Of a stretch of 64,000 nucleotides of DNA, positions 8,314 through 17,798 are shown one piece after another. Every line of letters starts with the position of its first letter. The stretch's first letter is position 1. This stretch comes from Ignavibacteriota bacterium (lineage in GTDB: Bacteria; Bacteroidota; Ignavibacteria; Palsa-1295), in NCBI GenBank assembly GCA_963787835.1, contig CAWBEI010000002.1:800001-864000 (forward strand), in the 5' to 3' direction. Below the pieces are notes generated by a model, which saw only the letters and a list, made by a program, of their open reading frames with translations, did no database searches and was not told the DNA's origin. The translations under genes were made by a program, and so were the position numbers.

Positions 8314-10013
8314 AGTTGAGCCATTTACGATCGAATTGGAACGCATTACGTCCCGCTGAAAAGTTTGCGGCAGGGGCTCTGTTCCTTGCGATCGTGCTGG
8401 AACTTCTGTCCTGGGCTGTGTTTCCGTTCAATGGATATGATAGTTTCTCCCACATCTTCTGGATCGGCGAGTGGCATCGGATGTGGCAGGCAGGGATCTA
8501 TTATCCCCGGTGGCTCCCGGATTCCTTCCATGGATTCGGCGCTCCCTCCTTTTATTATTACCCTCCGCTTACCTTTTTTCTTTCAAGTGCCCTCTACACA
8601 GTACTCCCAAGCCTAAATCCGGATACTATTGGTAAGATACTCGGGATACTCGCATTCGGATTCTCCATTGTGAGTATGTGGCTATTTCTACGATGGCGCT
8701 CAACCCGTGATAGCCCATCCCAAAACAGCAATATGGGAATTCTTCTGGGTGCATTACTCTATGGGTTTGCACCGTATCGCATCTTCAACTATTCAACGCG
8801 TGGTGCGTTACCTGAGCACATCGCGTTCTGTATGGTGCCGATCGTCTTTTGGGGAGCGGATCTTATCTTGCAACGACGTCATGTGAACGACCTTCGCCGT
8901 GGAATGGTCATGCTCATTTTCTCCTTTGCGCTGATCGCTCTGGCGAATCTTCCCGCGGCGTCCGTAGCTGCTATTGGAGTTGTTCTCTATGTTGCCACTT
9001 CCGGCAAAAATGCTAAGGCACGAGATCTGGGCTGGCTATCGCTCGCGGGAATGGTCTCCATTTTGCTTGCAGCATTTTATTTACTCCCCGTAGGAGCCAT
9101 GTTTGGCGACGTTCAGTTGGAACGCTTATGGCGACCTGTTTCGCTCGTGCAAAGTTCTCCGTTCCTTGCTGTATTTACCGGTGAAGCGCTTACGATCAAT
9201 AGTTACACGTTCGTGATGCTTGCGGGCGGGTGTTTGTTGCTGTTCGGATGGATCCGAATGAAAATTGCCCCGCAGCCTCATTTTTGGCTTGTTGTATTTA
9301 TCGTTGCGGCTCAACTTCCGGTGCTCACGCAATATTTATACCGCTATGTTCCTCCGTTCACGATCGTCCAGCTCGCCTCGCGCTTCTCGATCCTGCTGCT
9401 CATCGTCGTTGCGATTGCCTGGCAAGAAGAATTACAAGTGCGCGAACATGGCAAACGTGTTCCCATGACTTCTGTTATCGTGATTTTCTGGTCGATTTGC
9501 ACGATCGGATTAGTCATACTTCAACTCGCGGATGTACATATTCACAAGCATGGGCCGCTTCCCATCGGGGATGCGCCGGAATATGCAACGCGGTGGGCGA
9601 AGCCCTATGACAAATACGGCGATTCGTTGAGCACGCCCTTTGCCAATGATTCCCAGAACGTCGTTTGGCTACGGAATGATAGCGTATCGCTTATTTCCGC
9701 TGTTCGCAAACCCTATTCCGATACGATCGTTTATCGATCGCATGTTCCAGCGCGAACATTGGTCCGGCGGTCCTATTGGCCAACCTGGAAAGCAACTGTC
9801 GATGGACACCCCGTTGCTACCGCACCGGATAGCCTCGGAAGACTCACGCTCACAGTTCCCGAAGGAGAACATCAACTTATTCTCAATCTGGAAACTTCTC
9901 GCTCTGCAGAAACAGGATCGTGGATAAGCCTTTCAACACTGCTTGCATTTATTGTTAGTTGGATACTTGTCCCGAGATTGAGAAAATCAAAATCCCCAAA
10001 ATCGCCCGCGTAA
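8220..10013 (+). CDS. Multi-TM membrane protein, PTPS-related/YfhO-like GT-C glycosyltransferase (start probably near 8317)
   Basis: YPRW.P....GFGAP.FYYYPPL, LYGFAPYR, RGALPE, LAAFYLLP, YWPTWKATVDG motifs; many TM helices. Confidence 0.75.
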   Translation: MPYPLQHHVNGLRRPIGGKHSPKTRKIAPLLKLSHLRSNWNALRPAEKFAAGALFLAIVLELLSWAVFPFNGYDSFSHIFWIGEWHRMWQAGIYYPRWLPDSFHGFGAPSFYYYPPLTFFLSSALYTVLPSLNPDTIGKILGILAFGFSIVSMWLFLRWRSTRDSPSQNSNMGILLGALLYGFAPYRIFNYSTRGALPEHIAFCMVPIVFWGADLILQRRHVNDLRRGMVMLIFSFALIALANLPAASVAAIGVVLYVATSGKNAKARDLGWLSLAGMVSILLAAFYLLPVGAMFGDVQLERLWRPVSLVQSSPFLAVFTGEALTINSYTFVMLAGGCLLLFGWIRMKIAPQPHFWLVVFIVAAQLPVLTQYLYRYVPPFTIVQLASRFSILLLIVVAIAWQEELQVREHGKRVPMTSVIVIFWSICTIGLVILQLADVHIHKHGPLPIGDAPEYATRWAKPYDKYGDSLSTPFANDSQNVVWLRNDSVSLISAVRKPYSDTIVYRSHVPARTLVRRSYWPTWKATVDGHPVATAPDSLGRLTLTVPEGEHQLILNLETSRSAETGSWISLSTLLAFIVSWILVPRLRKSKSPKSPA

Positions 10014-10023
10014 TCCCCTTCAA

Positions 10024-11190
10024 TCAGCGTAATCCCGGTTCCCTTAAAAGTTCTCTCGCGATCACGATCTTCTGAATGTGTTCGGTTCCCTCGTAGATCT
10101 GCAAACCTTTGATGTCGCGGTAGTAACGTTCGACAGGATATTCATTCGAATAGCCTCGACCGCCATGCAGCAACACGGCATCCGAGGCCGCTTTGCATGC
10201 AGCGTTCGTGGCAAAATATTTTGCAACGCTCGTTTCGAGTTTGGTTGGCAATCCCTGATCCTTCATCCACGCCGCGCGATAGACAAGCAAGCGTGAAGCA
10301 TCCAGCAATGCTTTCATCTCCGCGATCGTCGATTGTATCATCTCAAATTCACCGATGGGCTTGCCGAATTGCTTTCGTTCCTTTGCGAATGACACGCAAG
10401 CATCCAGACACGCCTGATGCACGCCGAGCGCACCCGCCGCAACGCCAAGCCTGCCATGATCGAGCGCGGACATCGCCACTTTGAATCCCGTGCCTTCACC
10501 ACCGAGCACATCATCCCCGCTCACAAAGGTATCTCGAAAAATAATTTTCGCGTGGTCGCTTGCTCGATGGCCAAGTTCCTGGCCTGGCATCCGGACTCGT
10601 TCAATATCAGGATTATTTAGCCGAACAATGAACGCGGTCACTTGTTCGTGGGGTTTTTTCTCGCGTAAGGAATCAAGCTTTGCAAACATAATTCCGATTC
10701 GCGCAATATTGCCATTCGTTATCCAGATTTTTTCACCGTTGAGTGAGTAACTGCCTCTGATTTTGGTAGCAGTAGTTTGAATGCTCGCGGCATCGCTGCC
10801 GGCTTCGGGTTCCGTGAGCGCGTAGCAGCCGATCGCTTCACCGCGAACCATTGCCGGCAAATAGTTTTGCTTCTGTTCCTCAGTCCCCCACTGATAAATG
10901 CACTGCATGACAAGCGAGGAATGCACTGTCATAAATCCGCGAACGCTGGAACAGGCGCGGCCAAGTTCTTCATAGATAAGCGCAAGCGAGACGTTATCCA
11001 TCTCACTCCCGCCAACAGTTTTCGGTAACGTCGAGCCAAGCAAACCAAGCTCGGCCATTTCGCTTACGAGCGCAAGCGGCATTTCGCCGGATTCATCCAT
11101 TTCTCGGGCAATAGGCCCAACACGCCCCTGCGCAAAAATTTGCGCTACGGTTTGCCAATGGAGTTGCTGTTCGTTCAGTGTAAAATCCAT
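10024..11190 (-). CDS. Acyl-CoA dehydrogenase
   Basis: YALTEPEAGSDA, LNGEKIWITNG, RKQFGKPIG, LHGGRGY, IYEGTEHIQ. Confidence 0.96.
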   Translation of the reverse strand: MDFTLNEQQLHWQTVAQIFAQGRVGPIAREMDESGEMPLALVSEMAELGLLGSTLPKTVGGSEMDNVSLALIYEELGRACSSVRGFMTVHSSLVMQCIYQWGTEEQKQNYLPAMVRGEAIGCYALTEPEAGSDAASIQTTATKIRGSYSLNGEKIWITNGNIARIGIMFAKLDSLREKKPHEQVTAFIVRLNNPDIERVRMPGQELGHRASDHAKIIFRDTFVSGDDVLGGEGTGFKVAMSALDHGRLGVAAGALGVHQACLDACVSFAKERKQFGKPIGEFEMIQSTIAEMKALLDASRLLVYRAAWMKDQGLPTKLETSVAKYFATNAACKAASDAVLLHGGRGYSNEYPVERYYRDIKGLQIYEGTEHIQKIVIARELLREPGLR

Positions 11191-11202
11191 GTGGTTCTTC
11201 CA

Positions 11203-11270
11203 GTGGACTCTGTTGACTTATTGGACTCGGGTGGACGTCCATTTAGTCCACTTGAGTCCAATCCGTCCAT
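11203..11270. repeat. Inverted 9-mer repeat hairpin (TGGAC/GTCCA units)
   Basis: Four TGGAC/TTGAC units followed by four GTCCA units at about 9-bp period. Confidence 0.65.
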
Positions 11271-11271
11271 G

Positions 11272-11673
11272 CTAATCATTGACCACCGCGATCCCCTCAA
11301 TTTCGATAAGTGCATCGTCTTCAAAAAGTGCAGATACTTCGACTAACGATATTGCCGGAAAATATTTCCCGAAATAAGTTCGATAGACTGCGCCGATCTC
11401 CCGCAACTGCTGCTGATACAAACGTTTATCTTTCACAAAAATGAGCAGCTTGACAATGTCCGTCATTTCGGCGCTCGATGCTCGAAGCGTTTCCTGCAAA
11501 TTCGAGAGCGCCTGATCGAACTGCTTCACCATATCACCGGGGTGAACGACGGTTCCCAGCCGATCCATCGAGATCTGCCCGGCGAGATAGATCGTCCGCC
11601 CGCCTTCCGATTCAACTCCGTGGGAATAACCTGATGGCGTCACGAGTGTTGTTGGATTGATGGTTTTATTCAC
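11272..11673 (-). CDS. RidA/YjgF/UK114 family protein
   Basis: GYSHG, IYLAGQ, YFPAISLVEVSAL, LIEIEGIAV. Confidence 0.92.
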   Translation of the reverse strand: MNKTINPTTLVTPSGYSHGVESEGGRTIYLAGQISMDRLGTVVHPGDMVKQFDQALSNLQETLRASSAEMTDIVKLLIFVKDKRLYQQQLREIGAVYRTYFGKYFPAISLVEVSALFEDDALIEIEGIAVVND

Positions 11674-11679
11674 AAAATA

Positions 11680-12183
11680 TTAATTATCATCGCGCATTTG
11701 TACAAGGGTTCCAGCAATAATATCGTGAAGAGCTTGTTTCTTTTTAGTGAACGCCGCCATAATAAAGCCGATCCAGAGAGTCAATGCAGAAAGCATTTTG
11801 GAAAAATACCTCCCCGTTGCTCGCCCAAAATCTATTCGTTCCCCATCAAGGCCAGTCACGCAAATTCCCATAGCCATCTTACCAAGCGTTCCTTGATATT
11901 CGGAACTTTCCATGAGTGCGTGGTACAACCATAATATGCTAATAAAAATGCAATCGAGAATTATTATTACCACGAGGTGTGCGATACTTAGTTTCTGAGG
12001 CGAAAATGCCTCAAACAATCCCACATGGCTGAACCGCCGGAAAGCAAACATAATAAAGAAAAGTACCCATGCAAGTAATCCATCAATGAAACTTGCAAGC
12101 CACCGCCGCCAAAATCCAGCATACTTAATTATAGGCTGCTCCGGCGGCGGTGCCATTGTTACCGGGCTCATGGTATATTCCAT
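11680..12183 (-). CDS. RDD family membrane protein
   Basis: YAGFWRRWLASFID, QGTLGKMAMG, KKQALHDIIAGT. Confidence 0.92.
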   Translation of the reverse strand: MEYTMSPVTMAPPPEQPIIKYAGFWRRWLASFIDGLLAWVLFFIMFAFRRFSHVGLFEAFSPQKLSIAHLVVIIILDCIFISILWLYHALMESSEYQGTLGKMAMGICVTGLDGERIDFGRATGRYFSKMLSALTLWIGFIMAAFTKKKQALHDIIAGTLVQMRDDN

Positions 12184-12204
12184 TGCAATCCCTCCTCGAT
12201 ATTT

Positions 12205-12771
12205 TCACGATCCGGAAAAAGCATTCTGGGCTACTTGGGCGGGAACCGTGGATTGCTTCGAGAGCACCAGCGTACCGGCCACAAAATCGTGTAGCGCCTG
12301 TTTTTTGCTCGTAAAGCCCGCCATGATAAAGCCGATCCACAGCGTAATATGGGAAAGAAATTTGGCGAAATATCTTCCCGTCGCACGCCCAAAGTTGATA
12401 CGTTTTCCGTCCAGATCGGTCACGCGAAGCCCGAGCGCCATTTTGCCGAGTGTGCCCTGATTCTTCGAGCTTTCCATGAGCGCAAAGTACAGCCATGCAC
12501 CGACAATATAGATCATCCACATGCTCATCATCGCACCGGCAAAACCGCTGTGATCGCCGTAGGTATTGTAGTTCCACCCATGCATGGTGCGTGTCGTATA
12601 CGTCTCCGACCACATCCCGACGCCAAAGATGAACATGGGTATGCTAAAGACCGCGCCGAGGATCAGCCAGTCTAATACCATTGCAATAAACCTACGCCAA
12701 AAACCGGCATATCGAACAACTGCAACCTCCATTGCCGTGGTGGGGGTAAGAGGACTCATTGTGTATTCCAT
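12205..12771 (-). CDS. RDD family membrane protein (paralog)
   Basis: YAGFWRRFIAMVLD, QGTLGKMALG, KKQALHDFVAGT. Confidence 0.92.
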   Translation of the reverse strand: MEYTMSPLTPTTAMEVAVVRYAGFWRRFIAMVLDWLILGAVFSIPMFIFGVGMWSETYTTRTMHGWNYNTYGDHSGFAGAMMSMWMIYIVGAWLYFALMESSKNQGTLGKMALGLRVTDLDGKRINFGRATGRYFAKFLSHITLWIGFIMAGFTSKKQALHDFVAGTLVLSKQSTVPAQVAQNAFSGS

Positions 12772-12800
12772 AGGATTGAAAGATTAATATACGTAATGAA

Positions 12801-12808
12801 CAAAAATA
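12801..12808 (-). promoter_or_regulatory. Bacteroidota-type -7 promoter element (TAnnTTTG)
   Basis: TATTTTTG on the minus strand about 30 bp upstream of the RDD start. Confidence 0.45.
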
Positions 12809-12834
12809 CGAAAATTTGAGGTAGTTTGGATTAA

Positions 12835-13266
12835 TCAGCTCGTCGCTCGATCTTTATCGAATAACGAAACTACCCGAATGCCTGAAACGCGAAATAATGG
12901 TGACGTTGGTTTTTCACCGGTAATAAACTCATCCGCTTCGAGTGCCTGCGCTGCCGCAATATGGAGTGCGTCCATCGCGGAAAGACCGGAAGTAGTGGCA
13001 AGATGTAATGCTGCGTTCACGAGGCCGGCAGAAGGTGAGGCCCATTCTTCTTCGGCCTCAAAGAACGTTTGATAGAATTTTGCTTCGATCTCACGCCCGT
13101 GATACCGAGCTTTTGGAATAACTTCTAATGTGACAAAATTACTGGAGACGAATATTCGATCGGGGTTGGATAACACGTTCAATGCGAGTCGAGAAGAATC
13201 ACCAACCCCGCGAGCAGCATAGATCAGAACATCTGCATCGACAAACGTACGGATCTGTGGTTTCAA
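12835..13266 (-). CDS. PIN-domain VapC-like toxin
   Basis: FVDADVLI, VTLEV, LSAMDALHIAAA, EFITGE PIN motifs. Confidence 0.88.
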   Translation of the reverse strand: MKPQIRTFVDADVLIYAARGVGDSSRLALNVLSNPDRIFVSSNFVTLEVIPKARYHGREIEAKFYQTFFEAEEEWASPSAGLVNAALHLATTSGLSAMDALHIAAAQALEADEFITGEKPTSPLFRVSGIRVVSLFDKDRATS

Positions 13267-13469
13267 TGCGGGGTCGTTCCACCGGCACGTTTACGAAGTT
13301 CCCTTTCAACTTCCGAATCACTCAGGAGTGGGATATCCGAGTGCTCGATCTCATGCCTGATCGCCATGAGCCTTCGGCCAAGCGGAGAAATTCCCTTCCG
13401 GGTGCGATCCCTATTCGACATTCCCTTGCGGGATCGAGTGGGTAAAGAAACTTTCTGTTTGGGTGGCAT
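13263..13469 (-). CDS. Putative antitoxin
   Basis: Small ORF overlapping the PIN gene start by 4 nt, typical TA arrangement. Confidence 0.65.
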   Translation of the reverse strand: MPPKQKVSLPTRSRKGMSNRDRTRKGISPLGRRLMAIRHEIEHSDIPLLSDSEVERELRKRAGGTTPH

Positions 13470-13528
13470 AGATGTAGTTTGGTAACGTGCTCAGTCTGCC
13501 ATAAGGTTCAAAGACATGAACGCAGATA

Positions 13529-14317
13529 CTATCTCCCCTCGAACCGCGCTTCCCGTTTTGCGGCGAAGGCTTCGTGGAACTCCCGGTGATCGCGGGTTTG
13601 CATCATAAGGGCCTGTGCGGTCGCTTCCTGTTCGATGGCGGACGCTATATCCATATTCCATTCGTTGTTCAACAGGCGCTTTGTCAGGCCAAGCGCAAGG
13701 GATGCACTACGTGCGAGATGCTCCGCAAGGATTAAGGATTCTTTTTCCAGGTCTGCAAGCTCGACCACTTTATTCGCCAACCCGATCTTCTCGGCTTGGT
13801 CTGCAGTAATAGTGTCACCTAACATCAATAATTCCGTGGCGCGGGCAAGCCCTACAACTTTCGGTAATAAAAACACCGCACCCATATCCGCAGCCGTAAG
13901 GCCAACTTTTTGGAAAAGAAACGCAATTTTTGCTTCTTTTGCGAACATTCGGAAATCGCTGGCAAGCGCGATAACGGCACCGGCTCCAGCAGCGATGCCA
14001 TTCACAGCCGCAATGATCGGCTTCTCAAGCTGGCGCATATTCACGATCAGCTCGCCGGACATTCGCGTGAATTCCAGCAATCCCTTTACATCGCGCTGCA
14101 GCAGTTCGCCAATGATCTCATGCACGTCGCCACCGGAGCAGAAGCCGCGGCCATTGCCTTCGAGCAGGATGACTTTCACCGCGTCATCTGATCGAAGTCG
14201 GTAGAAAAGGTCGGTAAGATCGCGATACACCTTGAACGTAAGCGAGTTCAAGGTCTCGGGCCGCGCAAATCTTACGCGGGCAATGCCGTCAGTAACAGAA
14301 TAATGAAAAGAGTCCAT
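13529..14317 (-). CDS. Enoyl-CoA hydratase/isomerase family protein
   Basis: FCSGGDV, KPIIAAVNGIAAGAG, LALASDFR; start taken at MDSFHY (14317). Confidence 0.93.
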   Translation of the reverse strand: MDSFHYSVTDGIARVRFARPETLNSLTFKVYRDLTDLFYRLRSDDAVKVILLEGNGRGFCSGGDVHEIIGELLQRDVKGLLEFTRMSGELIVNMRQLEKPIIAAVNGIAAGAGAVIALASDFRMFAKEAKIAFLFQKVGLTAADMGAVFLLPKVVGLARATELLMLGDTITADQAEKIGLANKVVELADLEKESLILAEHLARSASLALGLTKRLLNNEWNMDIASAIEQEATAQALMMQTRDHREFHEAFAAKREARFEGR

Positions 14318-14402
14318 AAAGGGTATGAGTAACGAGTAAAGAGTAACGAGGAATGCGGGATTGTGATTCTTCAATCTCCAAAGTAATAAACACGTTTTAT
14401 AT

Positions 14403-14548
14403 GTCATCCTGAGCGGAGCGGAACGAAGCGGTAGCGGAGTCTTGCGAAGTCGGAGGATCTCCGGTCGTTCACCATTGAGCCAAACTACACAAGATCCTTC
14501 GACTCCGTTTTTCTCTCCTACGTCGTGAAAAACTACGCTCAGGATGAC
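14403..14548. mobile_element. 146-bp MITE-like palindromic element, copy 1
   Basis: GTCATCCTGAGCG ... GGATCT / AGATCCTTCGAC ... CGCTCAGGATGAC; three copies of identical length in the window. Confidence 0.8.
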
Positions 14549-14655
14549 AGCTATAAGAAATATTGGTAATATAGATTTAAGAATTGAGATCAGCCACTTA
14601 TGTGTTCTTTGTAATTCTAACTTTTTAATTTTTAATTCTTAATTCTTAATTAGCC

Positions 14656-16872
14656 TTGCAAATACCGGAACGCATCGCCCGTCTTGAAGAACTTTCGCAT
14701 AACCTTTGGTGGAGCTGGTCTCCGGAAGCAAGGGATATTTTCCGCTCGATCTCCGTCCGCCTGTGGCGCTCGACGGATCACAATCCCGTCCGGATGCTTA
14801 ACCAGGTCACTTTGGACCGGCTCGAACGGCTTGCGATGGACCCTGATTTTCTCGCCAGTTACGATGAACTCCTCAAGCTCTTCGACCGCAGCACAGCAGC
14901 TCGCAGACCGTCCCGAAGCAGTAAAGTGCAGGATATTCCACGCCCGAAGGTTGCATATTTTTCTGCAGAATATGGCTTGCACGAAAGCTTGCCAATTTAT
15001 TCCGGCGGACTCGGAATTCTATCCGGCGATCAGGCAAAGACGGCAAGCGATATGGGATTCGATTTTACCGCCGTCGGATTCATGTATCCGAAAGGATATT
15101 TCGTGCAGGAGATCTCTCCCGATGGCGATCAGATCGCAGACTATGCTGACATTGATATTCCGAACGTAGCGATCGAACAGGCTCGATTGCTCTCATCGCA
15201 TACGACGAATGGCGAACCGCTCATTGTTTCGCTGCCTATGCAAAAGCCGGACGATCTGCTGCATCTTCAGGTGTGGCTTGTGCGGTGTGGCCGCGTGAAC
15301 ATTTACCTGATGGATTCCAACATCGATGCCAACGATCCCGCCAACCGTGACATCACTACCCGCCTCTATGGCGGCGACCGCGAATACCGTTTGCGTCAGG
15401 AGATCGCGCTGGGCATGGGCGGCGTGCGCGTGCTCAATGCCCTCGGAATTAAACCCGAAGTATGGCATGCCAATGAAGGGCACGTCGCATTCATGTTCGT
15501 CGAGCGGCTGCGCGAGGCGATCAAGAGCGGAATGTCGATGGATGATGCTATGGAATCCGTCCGCCGCGCATCAGTATTTACCACACACACTCCGGTTCCC
15601 GCAGGACACGATGCCTTCGCCAGCGACCTCATCGAGCGGTATTTTTGGCACTACTGGCCAGAGCTTGGCATGACCAAGGAGCAGTTCTTCGCGCTTGGCG
15701 AACATCAGGGAATGTTCAATATGACCGCCCTTTCAATGGATCTCTCGGCCCACCGAAATGCAGTCAGTAAAAAACATCGCGAAGTAACCGCTGCCATGTG
15801 GCCTGAATATACTTCAATTACGAATGACGAATTACGAATTACGAATGGGGGAAAGCAAGAAGTCGATCAAGTTTCTGCTACTCGTCATTCGTCATTAGTA
15901 AATCGTAATTTGGAGAGCGTTACCAACGGCATTCACGTTCGCACCTGGCTTGCGCCGGAAATGGAAGAACTATTTTCAAGCGAACTGGGAGCGAATTGGA
16001 TCAAACATCTCGACGATGAAGCCTATTGGCAAAAGGTCCACAAGCTTCCTGACGAAACACTATGGCGCACACGGCATCGCCTGAAGGCAAGTCTGTTCAG
16101 CTTTATCGCAGACAGAGTTCGAAGGAAATGGCAGGCCGGCGACCATAACTTTTCTCAATCCGGTGAGAGTATCATTGCCGAAGGCATCCTGCTCGATCCA
16201 AGCATTTTCACCATCGGCTTTGCGCGCCGGTTCGCCACCTACAAACGCGGAACCCTTATCTTTAACGATCTGGATCGTCTCAAACGTATCGTGAACGATC
16301 CTATTCGTCCCATACAGATCGTCTTTAGTGGCAAAGCGCATCCTGCCGATAATGCCGGCCAGCAGCTTATCAAAGATATCTGGCATCACGCGCTCGATCC
16401 TGCCTTTGGCGGACGCATTGCCTTTATCGAGAACTATAGTATGCACACCGCAAAATATCTTGTCCGTGGATGCGATATCTGGATGAATAATCCCAAAGCG
16501 CCGCTCGAAGCTTCGGGAACCAGCGGAATGAAAGCTGCCATCAACGGCCTGCCTAATTTCTCCGTGCTCGACGGATGGTGGATGGAAGGATACCTGCCGC
16601 AAACATCCTCACACGCTACCAATGGCTGGGGCATCGATGGCGCCACCGAAGGATCCCAGGAGGAGCAGGACCGTGCCGATGCTACCCGCATGTACGACAT
16701 GCTCGAACACGAGATCATCCCGCTCTACCATGATAAAGCCGGTGATGGCATTCCACACAACTGGCTCAAAGTAGTCAAAGAATGTATCGCAACGATCCTT
16801 CCACGCTTTTCCTCCGAACGCATGATGCGCGAATATGCCGAGAAAATGTATGGACCGGCTTCCAAACCGTAG
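14656..16872 (+). CDS. glgP: Alpha-glucan (glycogen) phosphorylase
   Basis: VAYFSAEYG, YSGGLGIL, HANEGH, FTTHTPVPAGHD, FARRFATYKR, EASGTSGMKA PLP motif. Confidence 0.96.
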   Translation: MQIPERIARLEELSHNLWWSWSPEARDIFRSISVRLWRSTDHNPVRMLNQVTLDRLERLAMDPDFLASYDELLKLFDRSTAARRPSRSSKVQDIPRPKVAYFSAEYGLHESLPIYSGGLGILSGDQAKTASDMGFDFTAVGFMYPKGYFVQEISPDGDQIADYADIDIPNVAIEQARLLSSHTTNGEPLIVSLPMQKPDDLLHLQVWLVRCGRVNIYLMDSNIDANDPANRDITTRLYGGDREYRLRQEIALGMGGVRVLNALGIKPEVWHANEGHVAFMFVERLREAIKSGMSMDDAMESVRRASVFTTHTPVPAGHDAFASDLIERYFWHYWPELGMTKEQFFALGEHQGMFNMTALSMDLSAHRNAVSKKHREVTAAMWPEYTSITNDELRITNGGKQEVDQVSATRHSSLVNRNLESVTNGIHVRTWLAPEMEELFSSELGANWIKHLDDEAYWQKVHKLPDETLWRTRHRLKASLFSFIADRVRRKWQAGDHNFSQSGESIIAEGILLDPSIFTIGFARRFATYKRGTLIFNDLDRLKRIVNDPIRPIQIVFSGKAHPADNAGQQLIKDIWHHALDPAFGGRIAFIENYSMHTAKYLVRGCDIWMNNPKAPLEASGTSGMKAAINGLPNFSVLDGWWMEGYLPQTSSHATNGWGIDGATEGSQEEQDRADATRMYDMLEHEIIPLYHDKAGDGIPHNWLKVVKECIATILPRFSSERMMREYAEKMYGPASKP
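15816..15910. repeat. In-frame inverted heptamer (AATTACG) repeat within glgP
   Basis: AATTACGAATGACGAATTACGAATTACGAAT ... CTCGTCATTCGTCATTAGTAAATCGTAATT, encoding ITNDELRITN...RHSSLVNRN. Confidence 0.8.
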
Positions 16873-16891
16873 GGACGTGCTGAGCAGGTCC
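16869..16891. repeat. GTAG-REP-like unit overlapping the glgP stop codon
   Basis: GTAGGGACGTGCTGAGCAGGTCC; related to 31528-31550 and 35960-36044. Confidence 0.7.
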
Positions 16892-16951
16892 ACCCCTGGT
16901 CTGCGTAAACTAATCCGGGAGATAGATGTTAACCATTTATCTTAATTTCAT

Positions 16952-17785
16952 GTGTCTATGAACTATCATTCGATCCTTCTCGCGAGTAGTTTATTAACCG
17001 GATCTGCACTACTCTCCGGTTGCACTACGACCAATACCACCGACGTTACATCGGTCCAGCCGGTAAGCACGGGGACCATGATCGGCCGAGTGTACCTTCT
17101 TGAAATGGATGGAACTGCATCCGCTTCTTCGGCAGGGGCTACGGTGGGAATTCTTGGAACTACTCATAAGGCGTTGACCGATAGCACTGGCAGATTCGTC
17201 CTCGATAGTATCCCGGCGGGGTACTACAATCTTCAATTTTCGAAGCCGGGATTTACAGAATCTATAACATCCCCCCAACCATTTGTTGGCGCAGATACTA
17301 TGTGGGGCGCAGCCAATGCCGTTCTTTACAGAATAAATAATTGGAAGACAACGCTTTCGCAGCCGACAATGACAGTTGAAAATTTTGAAAATTACGGACC
17401 TGGGGATACGTTGGTTGACACGTTGTTTTATCTAGAGACAGCCCCTGGAACACCTAATGCCACCGTACTAGACTCCTCAGGAAAGAATCTTGTGACAAGC
17501 AGTTTTAGTCCTACCCTGGCACTCTTCATAGGTAGGAACCCGAATATTAATTACCTGGATAGCAGCACCTACTCCTCCTGGACCTATACCACTGTAAGTA
17601 TTTCCGCAACTTACTGGCTCCTTAACTTCTCCAGCAATCAAATCCTATCGGATACATTATATGTGATTGCTTATCCAATCTCGGGAGAAACTCCATTTTT
17701 CCAATATATATACAATGGAGTGGAGGAGACCACATTCACTGGTTTCGGCCCTCCCTCGAATGTAGTAAAGGTCGTCCTGCCGTAA
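16952..17785 (+). CDS. Lipoprotein with carboxypeptidase-regulatory-like domain
   Basis: Lipobox LLSGC; GATVGILGT...TDSTGRF.LDSIPAGYYNL.FSKPGF. Confidence 0.75.
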   Translation: MSMNYHSILLASSLLTGSALLSGCTTTNTTDVTSVQPVSTGTMIGRVYLLEMDGTASASSAGATVGILGTTHKALTDSTGRFVLDSIPAGYYNLQFSKPGFTESITSPQPFVGADTMWGAANAVLYRINNWKTTLSQPTMTVENFENYGPGDTLVDTLFYLETAPGTPNATVLDSSGKNLVTSSFSPTLALFIGRNPNINYLDSSTYSSWTYTTVSISATYWLLNFSSNQILSDTLYVIAYPISGETPFFQYIYNGVEETTFTGFGPPSNVVKVVLP

Positions 17786-17798
17786 TACCTCTTACTTC

